From a virus, in the IMG/VR virus record IMGVR_UViG_3300007735_000793, positions 1 to 64,000 of that record: a stretch of 64,000 nt of DNA; one strand, given 5' to 3'. A program made the position numbers and the translations under genes. The notes beneath the pieces are model-generated. The model was not told the DNA's origin. It saw only the letters and a list, made by a program, of their open reading frames with translations, and did not search any database. This document shows positions 10,801-19,670 of this stretch, piece after piece. The stretch's first letter is position 1, and the number at the start of each line of letters is the position of its first letter.

Positions 10801-12169
10801 AATTAATTCCTCTATGGTCTAACCTCACCGAAGCCTTTAGAACATCTTCATAACCCTCACCCGGCGCGTTTTGAATCCTATAAAAATTACTTGTAAAAGA
10901 ACCTGTTGTTATTGTTCCAAGTTCTGGGTCAAAAATCGTTTTTCCATCTACACCAACAGCATTAAAATCAATAGATGAACCAGTAACACCACTATGAAAT
11001 ATGGTTTTCCCCCAAACATTAAACCCATCAATAGTCGATGTATTTTGTGTTGGTGATGTGTTTATTTCCACCCCAACAGTACTTGCACCAGATCCACCAT
11101 AAACTCTAAACAAGTTTTTGCGTAAATTTGTGGTTATACCCGAACCCCCACCTACTACAAATAAATTGTTGAAATCCCCCAACCCTAAATTATAGTGACC
11201 AACAACAGTTTGCCCAGACGCAGATGCAATTGTTCCAATACCCATAGCCACAGTAGCAGTTCCTCTTGCCCACGAACCTGAACCTGCTGCAAAAGATGCC
11301 ATTCCATCCGCATCCGTTTCCACACCCACGCTAAATGCCGCCTGACCACTTGCGGTTGTGTTTAACCCCGCCGCATGAGCAGCAAAACCGGACGCGAGAG
11401 AACCAATACCTTCGGAAAATGATGCAGTTCCAATTGCTTTACTACCCGAACCATATGCTGAAGCATAGGGTGCTGAACCTGATGAGTTGATACCAGTCGT
11501 TATTGAATCGGTAAAAATTCGTGTATCACTACCATCATTACTTGATAATAATAATCCAGTACTACCCTCTATTGGTGATAAAGTAGCAGTTACTGAACCA
11601 TTTGTTACCGTAAGATTGGTTGCAGTTACTGAACCATTTGTTACCGTAAGATTGTTTGCAGTTATACTTCCGTTTACCTGAAGAGTGCTTGTAGGTGTTG
11701 TTGTACCTATACCCACATTACCATTGTTACCAATATGAACTCTTACTGAGCCACTTGTTTCTAATTGTAGGTTTTGGTTATCGTTAGTGCCTAAAAGTGC
11801 CGTTGTACCAAATGAGTTGCCACCTTGTACAAATGCGTTAGTACCCGTTGGGGTTATAAAGGATGCAGTTAGTGCGTTACTTGCAGTTCCGAATAGTGAG
11901 CCTGTGAATGATTGCGCTGTTACACTACTACTAACCTCCAACGAACCCGTAATATAAACTGAACCGCTTAATGATGCCTGCTCACCCTTCTCACCCCTAT
12001 CACCCTTAGGTCCTTTAGAAACAATGGTAACAACCGAAGTTTCGTTTTGAATTACATTAACATTGGTATCCTGCTTTTTATCAGTTACAATAACCTTATT
12101 TTCAGTATTTGTTACTTCTACCGAATTTTGATTTGATGTTATATTTACCCTAATTCTATCATTACTCAC
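7856..12169 (-). CDS. Long tail-fibre-like protein (1437 aa)
   Basis: Short collagen-like GPKGDRGEKG, many GNVGIGTT repeats, YadA-head-like ASFSEG/AHAAG repeats, modules shared with other fibre genes. Confidence 0.8.
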   Translation of the reverse strand: MSNDRIRVNITSNQNSVEVTNTENKVIVTDKKQDTNVNVIQNETSVVTIVSKGPKGDRGEKGEQASLSGSVYITGSLEVSSSVTAQSFTGSLFGTASNALTASFITPTGTNAFVQGGNSFGTTALLGTNDNQNLQLETSGSVRVHIGNNGNVGIGTTTPTSTLQVNGSITANNLTVTNGSVTATNLTVTNGSVTATLSPIEGSTGLLLSSNDGSDTRIFTDSITTGINSSGSAPYASAYGSGSKAIGTASFSEGIGSLASGFAAHAAGLNTTASGQAAFSVGVETDADGMASFAAGSGSWARGTATVAMGIGTIASASGQTVVGHYNLGLGDFNNLFVVGGGSGITTNLRKNLFRVYGGSGASTVGVEINTSPTQNTSTIDGFNVWGKTIFHSGVTGSSIDFNAVGVDGKTIFDPELGTITTGSFTSNFYRIQNAPGEGYEDVLKASVRLDHRGINFSLSEQTASPGSTFLWTNSSNRLFYGSNPIILNGGNTIGGVMTLGTNDNQNLQLETNNTTRVFISSSGNVGIGTTSPTERLHVDGNLLVTGRITAEEFHTEFVSASIIYQSGSTQFGNSSDDTHIFTGSLRVDGSITGSLFGTASNALTASFITPTGTNAFVQDGNSFGATALLGTNDNQNLQLETSGSVRVHIGNNGNVGIGTTSPISTLTVAGGDININTGYGIGGNNVGSYTPFIRYNTNAGIVSSSFGHTTAYMLSDAGGLFGTNDISFYAGAFTQPEIMRIVGSTGFVGIGESSPSAKLEIRGSGTTSATTTLRVENSNATASLVVLDDGNVGIGTTTPSTTLQVAGTSSLRNIIFDTHNTYDIGTSAVRARTIWSSGNVVGTTSFFTSAVMYNNARIGGEHAATALLHISGSDGAQMMRINSPTNANILFVSGSGNVGIGTSNPLSLLHISASSGNEFLRITSGSQNILNVRSNSAVFFAGTGVAPTSNFDLDIQGTGTANGGSVRILGNSTTWQFGSVASVNRGATVQSEMFNVSMGGISPTAIQNPMSITFNANQSSAGGGGYTVLRVNATHATTAGTGSKLLQTWEFGGNAQSVIDISGSLGIGTGSAPNARLFVSGANADTLFRVSSPSAANALFVSGSGNVGIGTTTPTTTLNVNGTTLLQGGQTTVRGSGATSATTALLVQNSTPTNLMTILDNGQFTYTTPTIILPASQSAYTISPVISASNVVGGQYYGVNITPTFFQTTGSQTETAFRVAATFTQSSAVATSGTNIIADFGASSVGSQLTVTDITSGSIYMVNDVSGLPIIEANSGWDVNIYNFPNTVFRKSGNNIELGVQSNTGSVLTFYADTILNEGYGFTYRTTQVSGSTSGAVTSSLWNITFGSVSSSVYVNAVVTGYDTASRDTITGDVKATIRYRSGVASIVGSNQSFSNTDNSDVSFNVVAGGTSGSLRVFGTGSRTYQWGATITTQVI

Positions 12170-12555
12170 CTGGTTACCTCTTTTGAAAGTTTAACTATAC
12201 CTTCCAATAATCTCGTAACTACTCCTGTCGAAGATTGTAGTTCTATATCATACACCCCTTCACTAAAAGTTAAAGCAGATGAACTTGCAGCGGAAATAAA
12301 CAAACCAATACTACCCGAAGTGGGGGGTAAAGTAACTGAACCTGATTGGGGAGTTAGATTTAATCCTGTACCATCTGATGCGGTAACATTTGTTATTGAT
12401 AGGTAAGTAGTGGATGAATCTACTGATGGTCTTATTTGCATCCTTGCCTGATACCCATTTAAGTCAATAGGACTTCCATTGGAATCTTTATATTCCAACA
12501 ATAAATCAGTAGTTGCCCCCTGCTCAATAGTAAATAAGTATCTTCCTGCTGCCAT
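12166..12555 (-). CDS. Small beta-sandwich fibre-associated protein (LtfC/p132-like)
   Basis: AGRYLFTIEQGAT..ARMQIR..GVYDIEL..RLLEG..EVTR pattern; abuts the fibre gene. Confidence 0.65.
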   Translation of the reverse strand: MAAGRYLFTIEQGATTDLLLEYKDSNGSPIDLNGYQARMQIRPSVDSSTTYLSITNVTASDGTGLNLTPQSGSVTLPPTSGSIGLFISAASSSALTFSEGVYDIELQSSTGVVTRLLEGIVKLSKEVTR

Positions 12556-12594
12556 TTTTTAAACTCCTATTATGTGTGTTATTAATATAAATAT

Positions 12595-13269
12595 CTAATA
12601 TTCATATAATAACTTAAAGATTTCCTCCAAAGCAGGGTGTCTATGATTATCTTTTAATGTTACAGTATAAACATACCCACTTGGTTTTAATTTTGCTACC
12701 TCGTGAATAGCTGAATCGTTGGATGATTTTAAATCTATTTGCTGTGGGTCTCCACACAGTATCATCTTTGAATTCTTACCCAACCTCCCCAATACCATCG
12801 CAAGTTGGGATTTCGTAAGATTTTGAAACTCATCCACTATACACACACAATCATCAAATGTCCTACCCCTAAAGTGTGTAAGTGATACCAACTCTATTTT
12901 TTCATCCTGCTCCATCTTATCCAATATCGCAGATTTATCATATACCTTACGCATATTAGAACGAATGGGAACTAACCAGGGTTCTAACTTTTCTTCCAAA
13001 GAACCGGGTAAAAACCCATTATCCTCATTTGATACGGTTGGCCTTGTTACAATTATTTTGTTGTATTCCCGCTTAAAAAACGAGTCTAACGCAATTTGGC
13101 AAGCAAGGAGTGTTTTACCACTACCCGCCTTACCTAACACAAAATTGAATGGATGATTTAATATGTGTTGTTTTGCTACCTTTTGCTCTTCTGATAGGGT
13201 GATTGAAAACTTAATATCACCTTTGGGTACTCTTTTCTCTATATTCTCTGACATTGATGTAACCCCCAT
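12595..13269 (-). CDS. phoH: PhoH-family ATPase
   Basis: GKAGSGKT, TRP, GFLPG.LEEK, RGRTF, DEFQN, GDPQQID, RHP motifs; start may be Met at 13254. Confidence 0.95.
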   Translation of the reverse strand: MGVTSMSENIEKRVPKGDIKFSITLSEEQKVAKQHILNHPFNFVLGKAGSGKTLLACQIALDSFFKREYNKIIVTRPTVSNEDNGFLPGSLEEKLEPWLVPIRSNMRKVYDKSAILDKMEQDEKIELVSLTHFRGRTFDDCVCIVDEFQNLTKSQLAMVLGRLGKNSKMILCGDPQQIDLKSSNDSAIHEVAKLKPSGYVYTVTLKDNHRHPALEEIFKLLYEY

Positions 13270-13293
13270 TTATTTTACAATAAATATCTAAAT

Positions 13294-13330
13294 AAAAAAC
13301 AAAAGGGGAAGGTTTTCACCCTCCCCTTTT
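13294..13330 (-). terminator. Rho-independent terminator after the major capsid gene
   Basis: Minus strand AAAAGGGGAGGG-TGAAAA-CCTTCCCCTTTT-GTTTTTT: stem-loop followed by a U tract. Confidence 0.85.
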
Positions 13331-13354
13331 CAAATAAGGTAACTTTCAGTAAAA

Positions 13355-15022
13355 TTATTGACCTGAAATGGTCTCTAATCCATGCACATATACTTTACCA
13401 TAGAACTCACCCCTTACCATTTCTTTGGCGTAACGGGTCATAACACCCTTACGAGGAGTAAAGTTCTTATAATCGTACACAAGCGGAGTCATAATCAATG
13501 GAATGTATGGAGCGTAAACAGCACCAGTTTCCAAGAATTGTGTTCCTTTGTAACCCAATAATACAACATTCTCTTGCATATATGGGTTCTTATACACTTT
13601 ATAACGATTTGCGAATGAACCTACACGTGTAACTCCCATCGCAAATTCTCTCTCATCACCAGTTCCATCAGCTACATAGCCAGGAATTGATTCCAATACA
13701 GTTGCAACATCAGGAGATACTACTACGAAGTTTGCACCACCACGCATTGTTTTAGCATGAATTTGGTTAGAAACTCTCTGCAATACAGTTCCAAACGTTG
13801 CGAACCAGGTTCCCTGAATGTAAGCTTGTGATGCAGCGTTTGAATTATCTGCTACAAACGAAGATCCATTCCAAACATATCCAATTCGTGCAGACCAGTA
13901 ACCTGTAGTCAATGCGTTTTGAATTAACATATCCAAGATTTCAAAATCAATCTCTTGTGATACATATTCAGATAACATTGAAGTTAATTCTGCTTCTGCA
14001 TCAATAGAGTGATATGCGTTTAAATCCTGCGAAAATTCAGGTGTCCATTGTGCTTTCAACTTACGAGTTTTAGCAACAATCGGAACTGAACGCATTTCAA
14101 TATTCAATTCAGGAATGTTGATATCGGTTTCAGCATTTAGTTGCATTCCAGCCGAAGTTGCCTCAAAATCACCACGAGTTATATCGCTTGGTTGTTTTTG
14201 GTATTTAATTGTCAAACCATTAGTTACATGCCCTTGATTCGAACCACTAACCACAAATGTTATAATCTGAGTACTATCAGTATATGTTGTAAATTGTGGA
14301 TATACGGTATTAAGCCATGCAGCAGTAGGTATAAATGCTCTCACACCCTCAATATCAGGATTAGTAAAAGCAGATGCTGATACTTGAATCGTCAATAAAT
14401 TTGCACTGGAATTTGCACCAAATAATGATGCAGAAAACGCAGTATCATAGTTAATTGCGGCAAGAGTTGTTGCAATACCAGCAGATGCGCTAACATAAGT
14501 GGTTGCACCTAACGAACCGGTACTAAGACCGGCAGTCACAGCATCATTCACCGAATAACCAAAACGACCAGCACCATATAAACCACCCGAAGCCTGGTTA
14601 GCAATTTCGGTAACACCAAATACTGAATCGGCTTGTGAATTTTTACCTGAACCGGTTGTGAAACCTGGCTGACCTGTTCCATACTTAAAATCTAAGTAGA
14701 AAATAAGACCTGAAGGAAGGTTCATCGGTTGAACTGAAACAAACTCTTTCGCAGCGATTTCAGAGAAAATACGACGAACAAGCGGAAGAGCTACACCATT
14801 CCATTCTTCACCATTTGCACCAAACATATTGGTTGCAGATGCTTCGGTTACTAACTGCTTTGCCTGATTTTCCAACAATTGAGCCATTTGATGAACTTCA
14901 ACCTCATTCTTCAATCCTTCTAAAAGGCCTGTCTTTCTCCATTTAGCAGCCAAGCCCTGAGATTCTTTGCGCAAGATTTTTTCAAATCCCGTGCTCTCAT
15001 TTAAAATACTTTTTATATTCAT
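13355..15022 (-). CDS. Major capsid protein (T4 gp23-like)
   Basis: LPLVRR..VSVQPMNLPSGLIFYLDF, AKTRKLKAQWTPEFSQDLNAYH.IDAEAELT, YAPYIPL, PRKGVMTRY. Confidence 0.97.
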   Translation of the reverse strand: MNIKSILNESTGFEKILRKESQGLAAKWRKTGLLEGLKNEVEVHQMAQLLENQAKQLVTEASATNMFGANGEEWNGVALPLVRRIFSEIAAKEFVSVQPMNLPSGLIFYLDFKYGTGQPGFTTGSGKNSQADSVFGVTEIANQASGGLYGAGRFGYSVNDAVTAGLSTGSLGATTYVSASAGIATTLAAINYDTAFSASLFGANSSANLLTIQVSASAFTNPDIEGVRAFIPTAAWLNTVYPQFTTYTDSTQIITFVVSGSNQGHVTNGLTIKYQKQPSDITRGDFEATSAGMQLNAETDINIPELNIEMRSVPIVAKTRKLKAQWTPEFSQDLNAYHSIDAEAELTSMLSEYVSQEIDFEILDMLIQNALTTGYWSARIGYVWNGSSFVADNSNAASQAYIQGTWFATFGTVLQRVSNQIHAKTMRGGANFVVVSPDVATVLESIPGYVADGTGDEREFAMGVTRVGSFANRYKVYKNPYMQENVVLLGYKGTQFLETGAVYAPYIPLIMTPLVYDYKNFTPRKGVMTRYAKEMVRGEFYGKVYVHGLETISGQ

Positions 15023-15056
15023 TTTTTTTATCCTTTTATTTTATAGGTTATACAAA

Positions 15057-16202
15057 TTACTTCTTAATGTTAGCGAGTTTTTGGAATCTTGATGCCAATG
15101 AAGAACCTTCAGTAATGATACCAGCCGAAGCGGGTTTTGTTCCTTTAATTGGGTTAGATGCAAATGACTCTCTAACTACTCTTTTTTGTGTTTTTCTTGC
15201 AACATTAAGATTTTCACCCAATGTAGCGAAAACTAATTTTACTTCCCTCAAAGATGATGCTCTATCGAAGTTTTCAACAACTTTAACTTTTTGGTTTTCA
15301 TTCAAATCAAAGTTTCTGAAAAGTTTATTAGTGTATAAAAGTTTTGCATTCAAAAGGTTTACCTCATTAATGGTATTCTTTAATGATTTAATCACTTTAT
15401 ATGCTTCTTCCAAATCACTCTGCAATTCCAAGTTTTGACTTTGTAACTCTTCGGTTTCTTCTTCGGTCATTCCACCCATTTCAGTATCATCCTCTAAATC
15501 AATGTCTAACTCTTCATCTTCTTCCATAGTAGTTTCATCATCATTCATTTCCCTAAGAGCACGGATAACTTCATTTAAATCAAGTTCTTCATCCTCTTCA
15601 GCGATAAAATCACCAGCTTCAGAATATTCAGTGTCCGATGTGTAATCAGCTACCTTATTATCACCAGTACCAATTTCAGATGATTCCAATTCAGATAACC
15701 TTCTACCAATTCTTTCACGCATTTTTCTCAATTCGGTAATTTCAGCTGCAGCTTCATCATCCTCTTCGGTTGTGAACTCATCACCCATTTCACCTTCCAA
15801 CTCTCTGATAATTTCATCCAAATCTAAATCAGAAACATCACCACCCATATCATCCTCTTCACTTTCGAAATCTTCACCTTCAGTTGTGAGCTCATCACCC
15901 ATATCATCATCCTCTTCACTTTCGAACTCATCACCACCCATCATTTCATCCTCTTCAGTTGTGAACTCATCACCCATCATTTCATCCTCTTCAGTTGTGA
16001 ACTCATCACCCATCATTTCATCCTCTTCAGCCGTTAGAGTTTCATCCTCTAATTCTTCAGCCAATTTGTGAGACAACATAGATTGTAGTCTCGGAGTGAA
16101 GGCTTCTTCAAGGGCGATTTTTGCATTTGCCAAAGCAGTTTCTTTAACGGCTTTAGCATCAGCGATTGCTTCTTTAAGCAAATCTTTTTTGCCTGTATTC
16201 AT
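15057..16202 (-). CDS. Prohead core/scaffolding protein (gp22-like role)
   Basis: Very acidic centre, coiled coil NEVNLLNAKLLY, ends RFQKLANIK; directly upstream of the MCP. Confidence 0.8.
   Translation of the reverse strand: MNTGKKDLLKEAIADAKAVKETALANAKIALEEAFTPRLQSMLSHKLAEELEDETLTAEEDEMMGDEFTTEEDEMMGDEFTTEEDEMMGGDEFESEEDDDMGDELTTEGEDFESEEDDMGGDVSDLDLDEIIRELEGEMGDEFTTEEDDEAAAEITELRKMRERIGRRLSELESSEIGTGDNKVADYTSDTEYSEAGDFIAEEDEELDLNEVIRALREMNDDETTMEEDEELDIDLEDDTEMGGMTEEETEELQSQNLELQSDLEEAYKVIKSLKNTINEVNLLNAKLLYTNKLFRNFDLNENQKVKVVENFDRASSLREVKLVFATLGENLNVARKTQKRVVRESFASNPIKGTKPASAGIITEGSSLASRFQKLANIKK
15880..16030. repeat. 36-nt coding tandem repeat (EEDEMMGDEFTT) in the scaffold gene
   Basis: catcatttcatcctcttcagttgtgaactcatcacc repeated, with degenerate copies nearby. 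Confidence 0.85.
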
Positions 16203-16314
16203 TTAATCTCCTAAATTTTTTTGGAAAAGTAAGATTATTGTAAATCTTAATAAGTGTTATAATAATGTTAGCTTCACAATATATAGTGCTGAAGCATTAA
16301 TTTAGTAATAAATA
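16203..16314 (-). promoter_or_regulatory. Long structured leader of the scaffold-MCP unit with TATTTAT motif at 16308-16314
   Basis: Hairpins GCTTCAGCA..TGTGAAGC and TAAGATT-TACAAT-AATCTTA, then AGGAG RBS. Confidence 0.5.
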
Positions 16315-16342
16315 TGGTAACTTTTTTGAAAACGATATTTTT

Positions 16343-16603
16343 TTACATAGATTTACTTCGTAAGTATTGTTTTCTCTTTGCAAGCTCCAATTTTTTAATC
16401 CTAGTAACTGAATTAGGGGTATGTTCGGAGCGTTCTCTTAACTCATCCATTATACCACTATCTTTAACCATTTTTTTGAAAAGTTTTAAAGCAACATCTA
16501 CATTGTTATCCACAACTTTTACACCAAGACCAACGCCTGGATTATACATTTGGTCTCTTCTAATTTTTTTTCTTTTCGGTTTCTCACCACTTTCTTGCAT
16601 CAT
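16343..16603 (-). CDS. rpsU: Phage-encoded ribosomal protein bS21
   Basis: VKVVDNNVDVALKLFKKMVKDSGIMDELRERSEHTPNSVTR matches the bS21 pattern; located among head genes. Confidence 0.85.
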   Translation of the reverse strand: MMQESGEKPKRKKIRRDQMYNPGVGLGVKVVDNNVDVALKLFKKMVKDSGIMDELRERSEHTPNSVTRIKKLELAKRKQYLRSKSM

Positions 16604-16634
16604 AACTTGTTTGTTTAAGGTTTTTATTGTATTT

Positions 16635-16946
16635 TTAATCTAATATTGTCAATTTATTTCTTTGGGTTTTTACCAATCCATTTTTAGTTCTTACTGTAAT
16701 ATTACTACCGTTGATTTCCATCACAACTCCACCCACACCACTATCATCAACTTCAACCGGAGTTCCAACCTGAATAGGTTCGGTGTTCTCACTAATATCA
16801 TCCAAAACAACCTTAAAAGCACGAATAGCTTTTGATATACCCTGTTGTTGTTTGGTTGGTAGTTTCTTAATATTACCCATATTTGCCTTTATAAAATCGG
16901 AAAATTTGAGTGATAGTTCTTGTATAATATCTATTGGTTTTGCCAT
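16635..16946 (-). CDS. Hypothetical protein with C-terminal SH3/KOW-like module
   Basis: IQVGTPVEV..GVVMEINGSNITVRTKNG. Confidence 0.6.
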   Translation of the reverse strand: MAKPIDIIQELSLKFSDFIKANMGNIKKLPTKQQQGISKAIRAFKVVLDDISENTEPIQVGTPVEVDDSGVGGVVMEINGSNITVRTKNGLVKTQRNKLTILD

Positions 16947-16979
16947 AATGATGTGTTGTTTATAGTGGTTTTTGTATAA

Positions 16980-17282
16980 TTATTCTTTATGCGATTTATA
17001 TCCCTTACCCTTCATCCACCAAGCTAATGCATAAGGGTTATCAATACCTGGTTCATCCTTCATTGCTTTCACAGTTCCTTCCCAACCTTCCGGCGCAACT
17101 TCGGTTGTTAGTTCAAATTTTTCCATAAATGGCTTAAATGATGATATAACTTTATCTATACTCATACCATCAAATTTGTTCTGCATCTTAACATCACCTG
17201 AATTATATAGTTTTAACAACTTCTCTGCGGTTTTTGTATCAACTTTGGTAGAACCAATACGAGATGTTGAACCATTAACCAC
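16980..17282 (-). CDS. Putative internal head protein; likely the frameshifted continuation of the upstream ORF
   Basis: Only a GTG start mid-domain; frame stays open back through the A9 tract at 17329-17337; ends with PEGWEGTVKAMK..DNPYALAWWMK module. Confidence 0.65.
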   Translation of the reverse strand: MVNGSTSRIGSTKVDTKTAEKLLKLYNSGDVKMQNKFDGMSIDKVISSFKPFMEKFELTTEVAPEGWEGTVKAMKDEPGIDNPYALAWWMKGKGYKSHKE

Positions 17283-17316
17283 CTGTTTTAATTGATCAGA
17301 TAATCTTAAATTTGTC

Positions 17317-18645
17317 TCACTTAACGACTTTTTTTTTAAAAAGAGTTGATAATCTCATACTCTCACCAACGAACTCTTCAGCGTTCTTTTTATCGGCTGG
17401 GTCTACATCAGTTACTTTGTAAGTTTTTCCATCAACAGTAAATGTATCCTTACCTGCTGCTATTGCCCTTGCTCTTTCTGCTCCAAATTCGTTACCTTCT
17501 TCAAGTTCAAACTCATTTACCAATTCATACATGAACGAACCACCATCATGCTCTTTTGCGTTTACAACTGCCAAGTATCCAACTTTTGATTTTGGAACTT
17601 TTAACATAGCGATAGCTTTTTGTTTTGCATCCCAAAGGTCTTTTCCTTCAATCTCATGCTTTTTATTACCCCAAAATGCGTAAAATTTAGTTTCGTTTAC
17701 TGATTGATTTTCTTTAATAGAATACTTCATATGGGATGGTGCTGCACTTTGCAATGCTTTCATAGCAATTAACAAATCACCCTTACCTTTACCAGATAAT
17801 ACTTCGTATCTCTCACCGGTCTTTTCATTGTAAACAATTACTTTTGCCTCGTTCACATTCTCTTTTAACTTTTTTGCTAAAACATCATCAGTATAATATT
17901 GAGTTCTACCACCACCTTGAAACTTATAGCTGTATTTATCTTCTTTTGGTAAATAATCAATTGATACCAATTTCATTTTTACAGGTTTTACCATTCCAGA
18001 ACCATCACCACCTACCATCATAGTAGCGCCAACTTTCATTAGTTTGTCATTTGCTTCGTTTATTGGTAGCATTGATTTTAATTTCATATTACTCATATTT
18101 TCTCCTACGAATTGTTTTGCATTTTGTTTATCGGCTGCATCTACACCAGTTACTTTAAATTTTTTACCACTAACATTAAAACTACTTTCCCCGCCTGCAA
18201 TTGCTTTTGCTCTTTCTGCTCCAAAGGTGTTACCTTCTCTTATTTCATAATATTTACTCAATACCTCCCCAATTTCATCATATGTAGATTCCAACCTTTG
18301 TTGTAAGGGAGCAACCTCTTTGATTGTATTGGAAAAAACTTTGAATGATTCATTCATTGATTTCATATGGCGATTTACTGTTACCTTATCAAACCAATCC
18401 GTTGTTTCTTTCAATGTTAATGTTTGTGCAGTTTCTACAATTTTTTTGATGTTTTCATACGCCTCAATCAAATTACCATTGTGATAAATTGCTTCACCGA
18501 TTTTTCTATAAGATGCAACTGCTTCAAGAAACTCTAACTTTTCTTCGGGTGTCATTTCAGTATTACCCAAACCATCCTCACCGATATTCAATCTGCGATA
18601 ATCCAAGTATTGAGATTCCTTAAGTAAGCTTGATAATTTTTTCAT
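17317..18645 (-). CDS. Putative head-packaged modular protein
   Basis: Starts MKKLSSLLKES; small modules separated by [ILV]xE sites; duplicated EGN.FGAERA.AIA module. Confidence 0.65.
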   Translation of the reverse strand: MKKLSSLLKESQYLDYRRLNIGEDGLGNTEMTPEEKLEFLEAVASYRKIGEAIYHNGNLIEAYENIKKIVETAQTLTLKETTDWFDKVTVNRHMKSMNESFKVFSNTIKEVAPLQQRLESTYDEIGEVLSKYYEIREGNTFGAERAKAIAGGESSFNVSGKKFKVTGVDAADKQNAKQFVGENMSNMKLKSMLPINEANDKLMKVGATMMVGGDGSGMVKPVKMKLVSIDYLPKEDKYSYKFQGGGRTQYYTDDVLAKKLKENVNEAKVIVYNEKTGERYEVLSGKGKGDLLIAMKALQSAAPSHMKYSIKENQSVNETKFYAFWGNKKHEIEGKDLWDAKQKAIAMLKVPKSKVGYLAVVNAKEHDGGSFMYELVNEFELEEGNEFGAERARAIAAGKDTFTVDGKTYKVTDVDPADKKNAEEFVGESMRLSTLFKKKVVK

Positions 18646-18670
18646 TTATTGACCTTTGTTATTTCAATTA

Positions 18671-19636
18671 TTAATAAATATCTAACTTTCCATTATTAGA
18701 TATGCGGGCAACCCTATTATATGTGGATTTTTTTACATTTTCATTTAACTCATATTTTGATGACATTGAAGCAATAAGCTTTTTAATTGTAGTTGCATCC
18801 CCACTCATAGTGTGTGTCCTTCCCACAAATCCCGGTAGTTGTTTGGATGTTCTTGTAAAATATACTTCACCACCGGATGTTTTTAATGAAAAATCACCAA
18901 AACCGACATGAGCCAAATTACCAAACTTATTTGAATACTGGATAAATGGGGTGTCTACATAATACTCATTAGATACCTTTTTAAGATGCGGTAGAGTTTC
19001 AGCATCATATGCTTCATTTACTGATTCTAACTTCAAATTTCTTTGTGCGTTAGTTAAACCACTAACGATGGATTTGATAGCTTTTTTAGTTGCATCTACA
19101 TCTTTAGCAAGAACTCTTTTTTCCAATTCTTTAGTATTTGCTTTTAAAAACTTAACAAATACGTTATGAACAACATCCCAATTTAAATCAGCTTCATTTG
19201 TAAGTTGGGTATCTTCTTTTACATATTTCATTGATGAATTAGAACCATCGGTAAAGAATACATTATCACCAGCAATCATTTTAACTTTTCTTTTGAATGG
19301 GCCTTTTTTACCTAATGCGGCTTCCCAATATGGATTATCAACAATCTTAACCATTTTACCAACTGCGATTGCTTCTTTTACCGATTTTAATTTCATAGTA
19401 TGCTTACCTTCATTTTGAGATTTTTTCAACTTAACTATTTTATGAACTAAATCATTTATTTCCGAAAAAAGGTCTGCTATTTCCTTATCCAACTTTTTTT
19501 CATCTGATGATTTTGGTGTGGTGATATCCACATCACTATACAACTTTTTCTTTTTTGCTATTAAAGGGTCTACTTGTTTTAGTAAATCGTTTTTTTGCTT
19601 TTGCAAAGTTTCAATTTCTTTTGTATTTATACTCAT
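18671..19636 (-). CDS. Putative head-packaged modular protein (start revised to 19636)
   Basis: GGAG precedes ATG at 19636; the track's 19678 start overlaps the protease; several NEA/NEG junctions. Confidence 0.6.
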   Translation of the reverse strand: MSINTKEIETLQKQKNDLLKQVDPLIAKKKKLYSDVDITTPKSSDEKKLDKEIADLFSEINDLVHKIVKLKKSQNEGKHTMKLKSVKEAIAVGKMVKIVDNPYWEAALGKKGPFKRKVKMIAGDNVFFTDGSNSSMKYVKEDTQLTNEADLNWDVVHNVFVKFLKANTKELEKRVLAKDVDATKKAIKSIVSGLTNAQRNLKLESVNEAYDAETLPHLKKVSNEYYVDTPFIQYSNKFGNLAHVGFGDFSLKTSGGEVYFTRTSKQLPGFVGRTHTMSGDATTIKKLIASMSSKYELNENVKKSTYNRVARISNNGKLDIY

Positions 19637-19670
19637 TTTGTTTCTCCGATTTATTTTGTTTCTCCGATTT
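19635..19670. repeat. 18-nt perfect tandem duplication at the protease stop / next start
   Basis: attttgtttctccgattt twice (19635-19652, 19653-19670). Confidence 0.85.
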
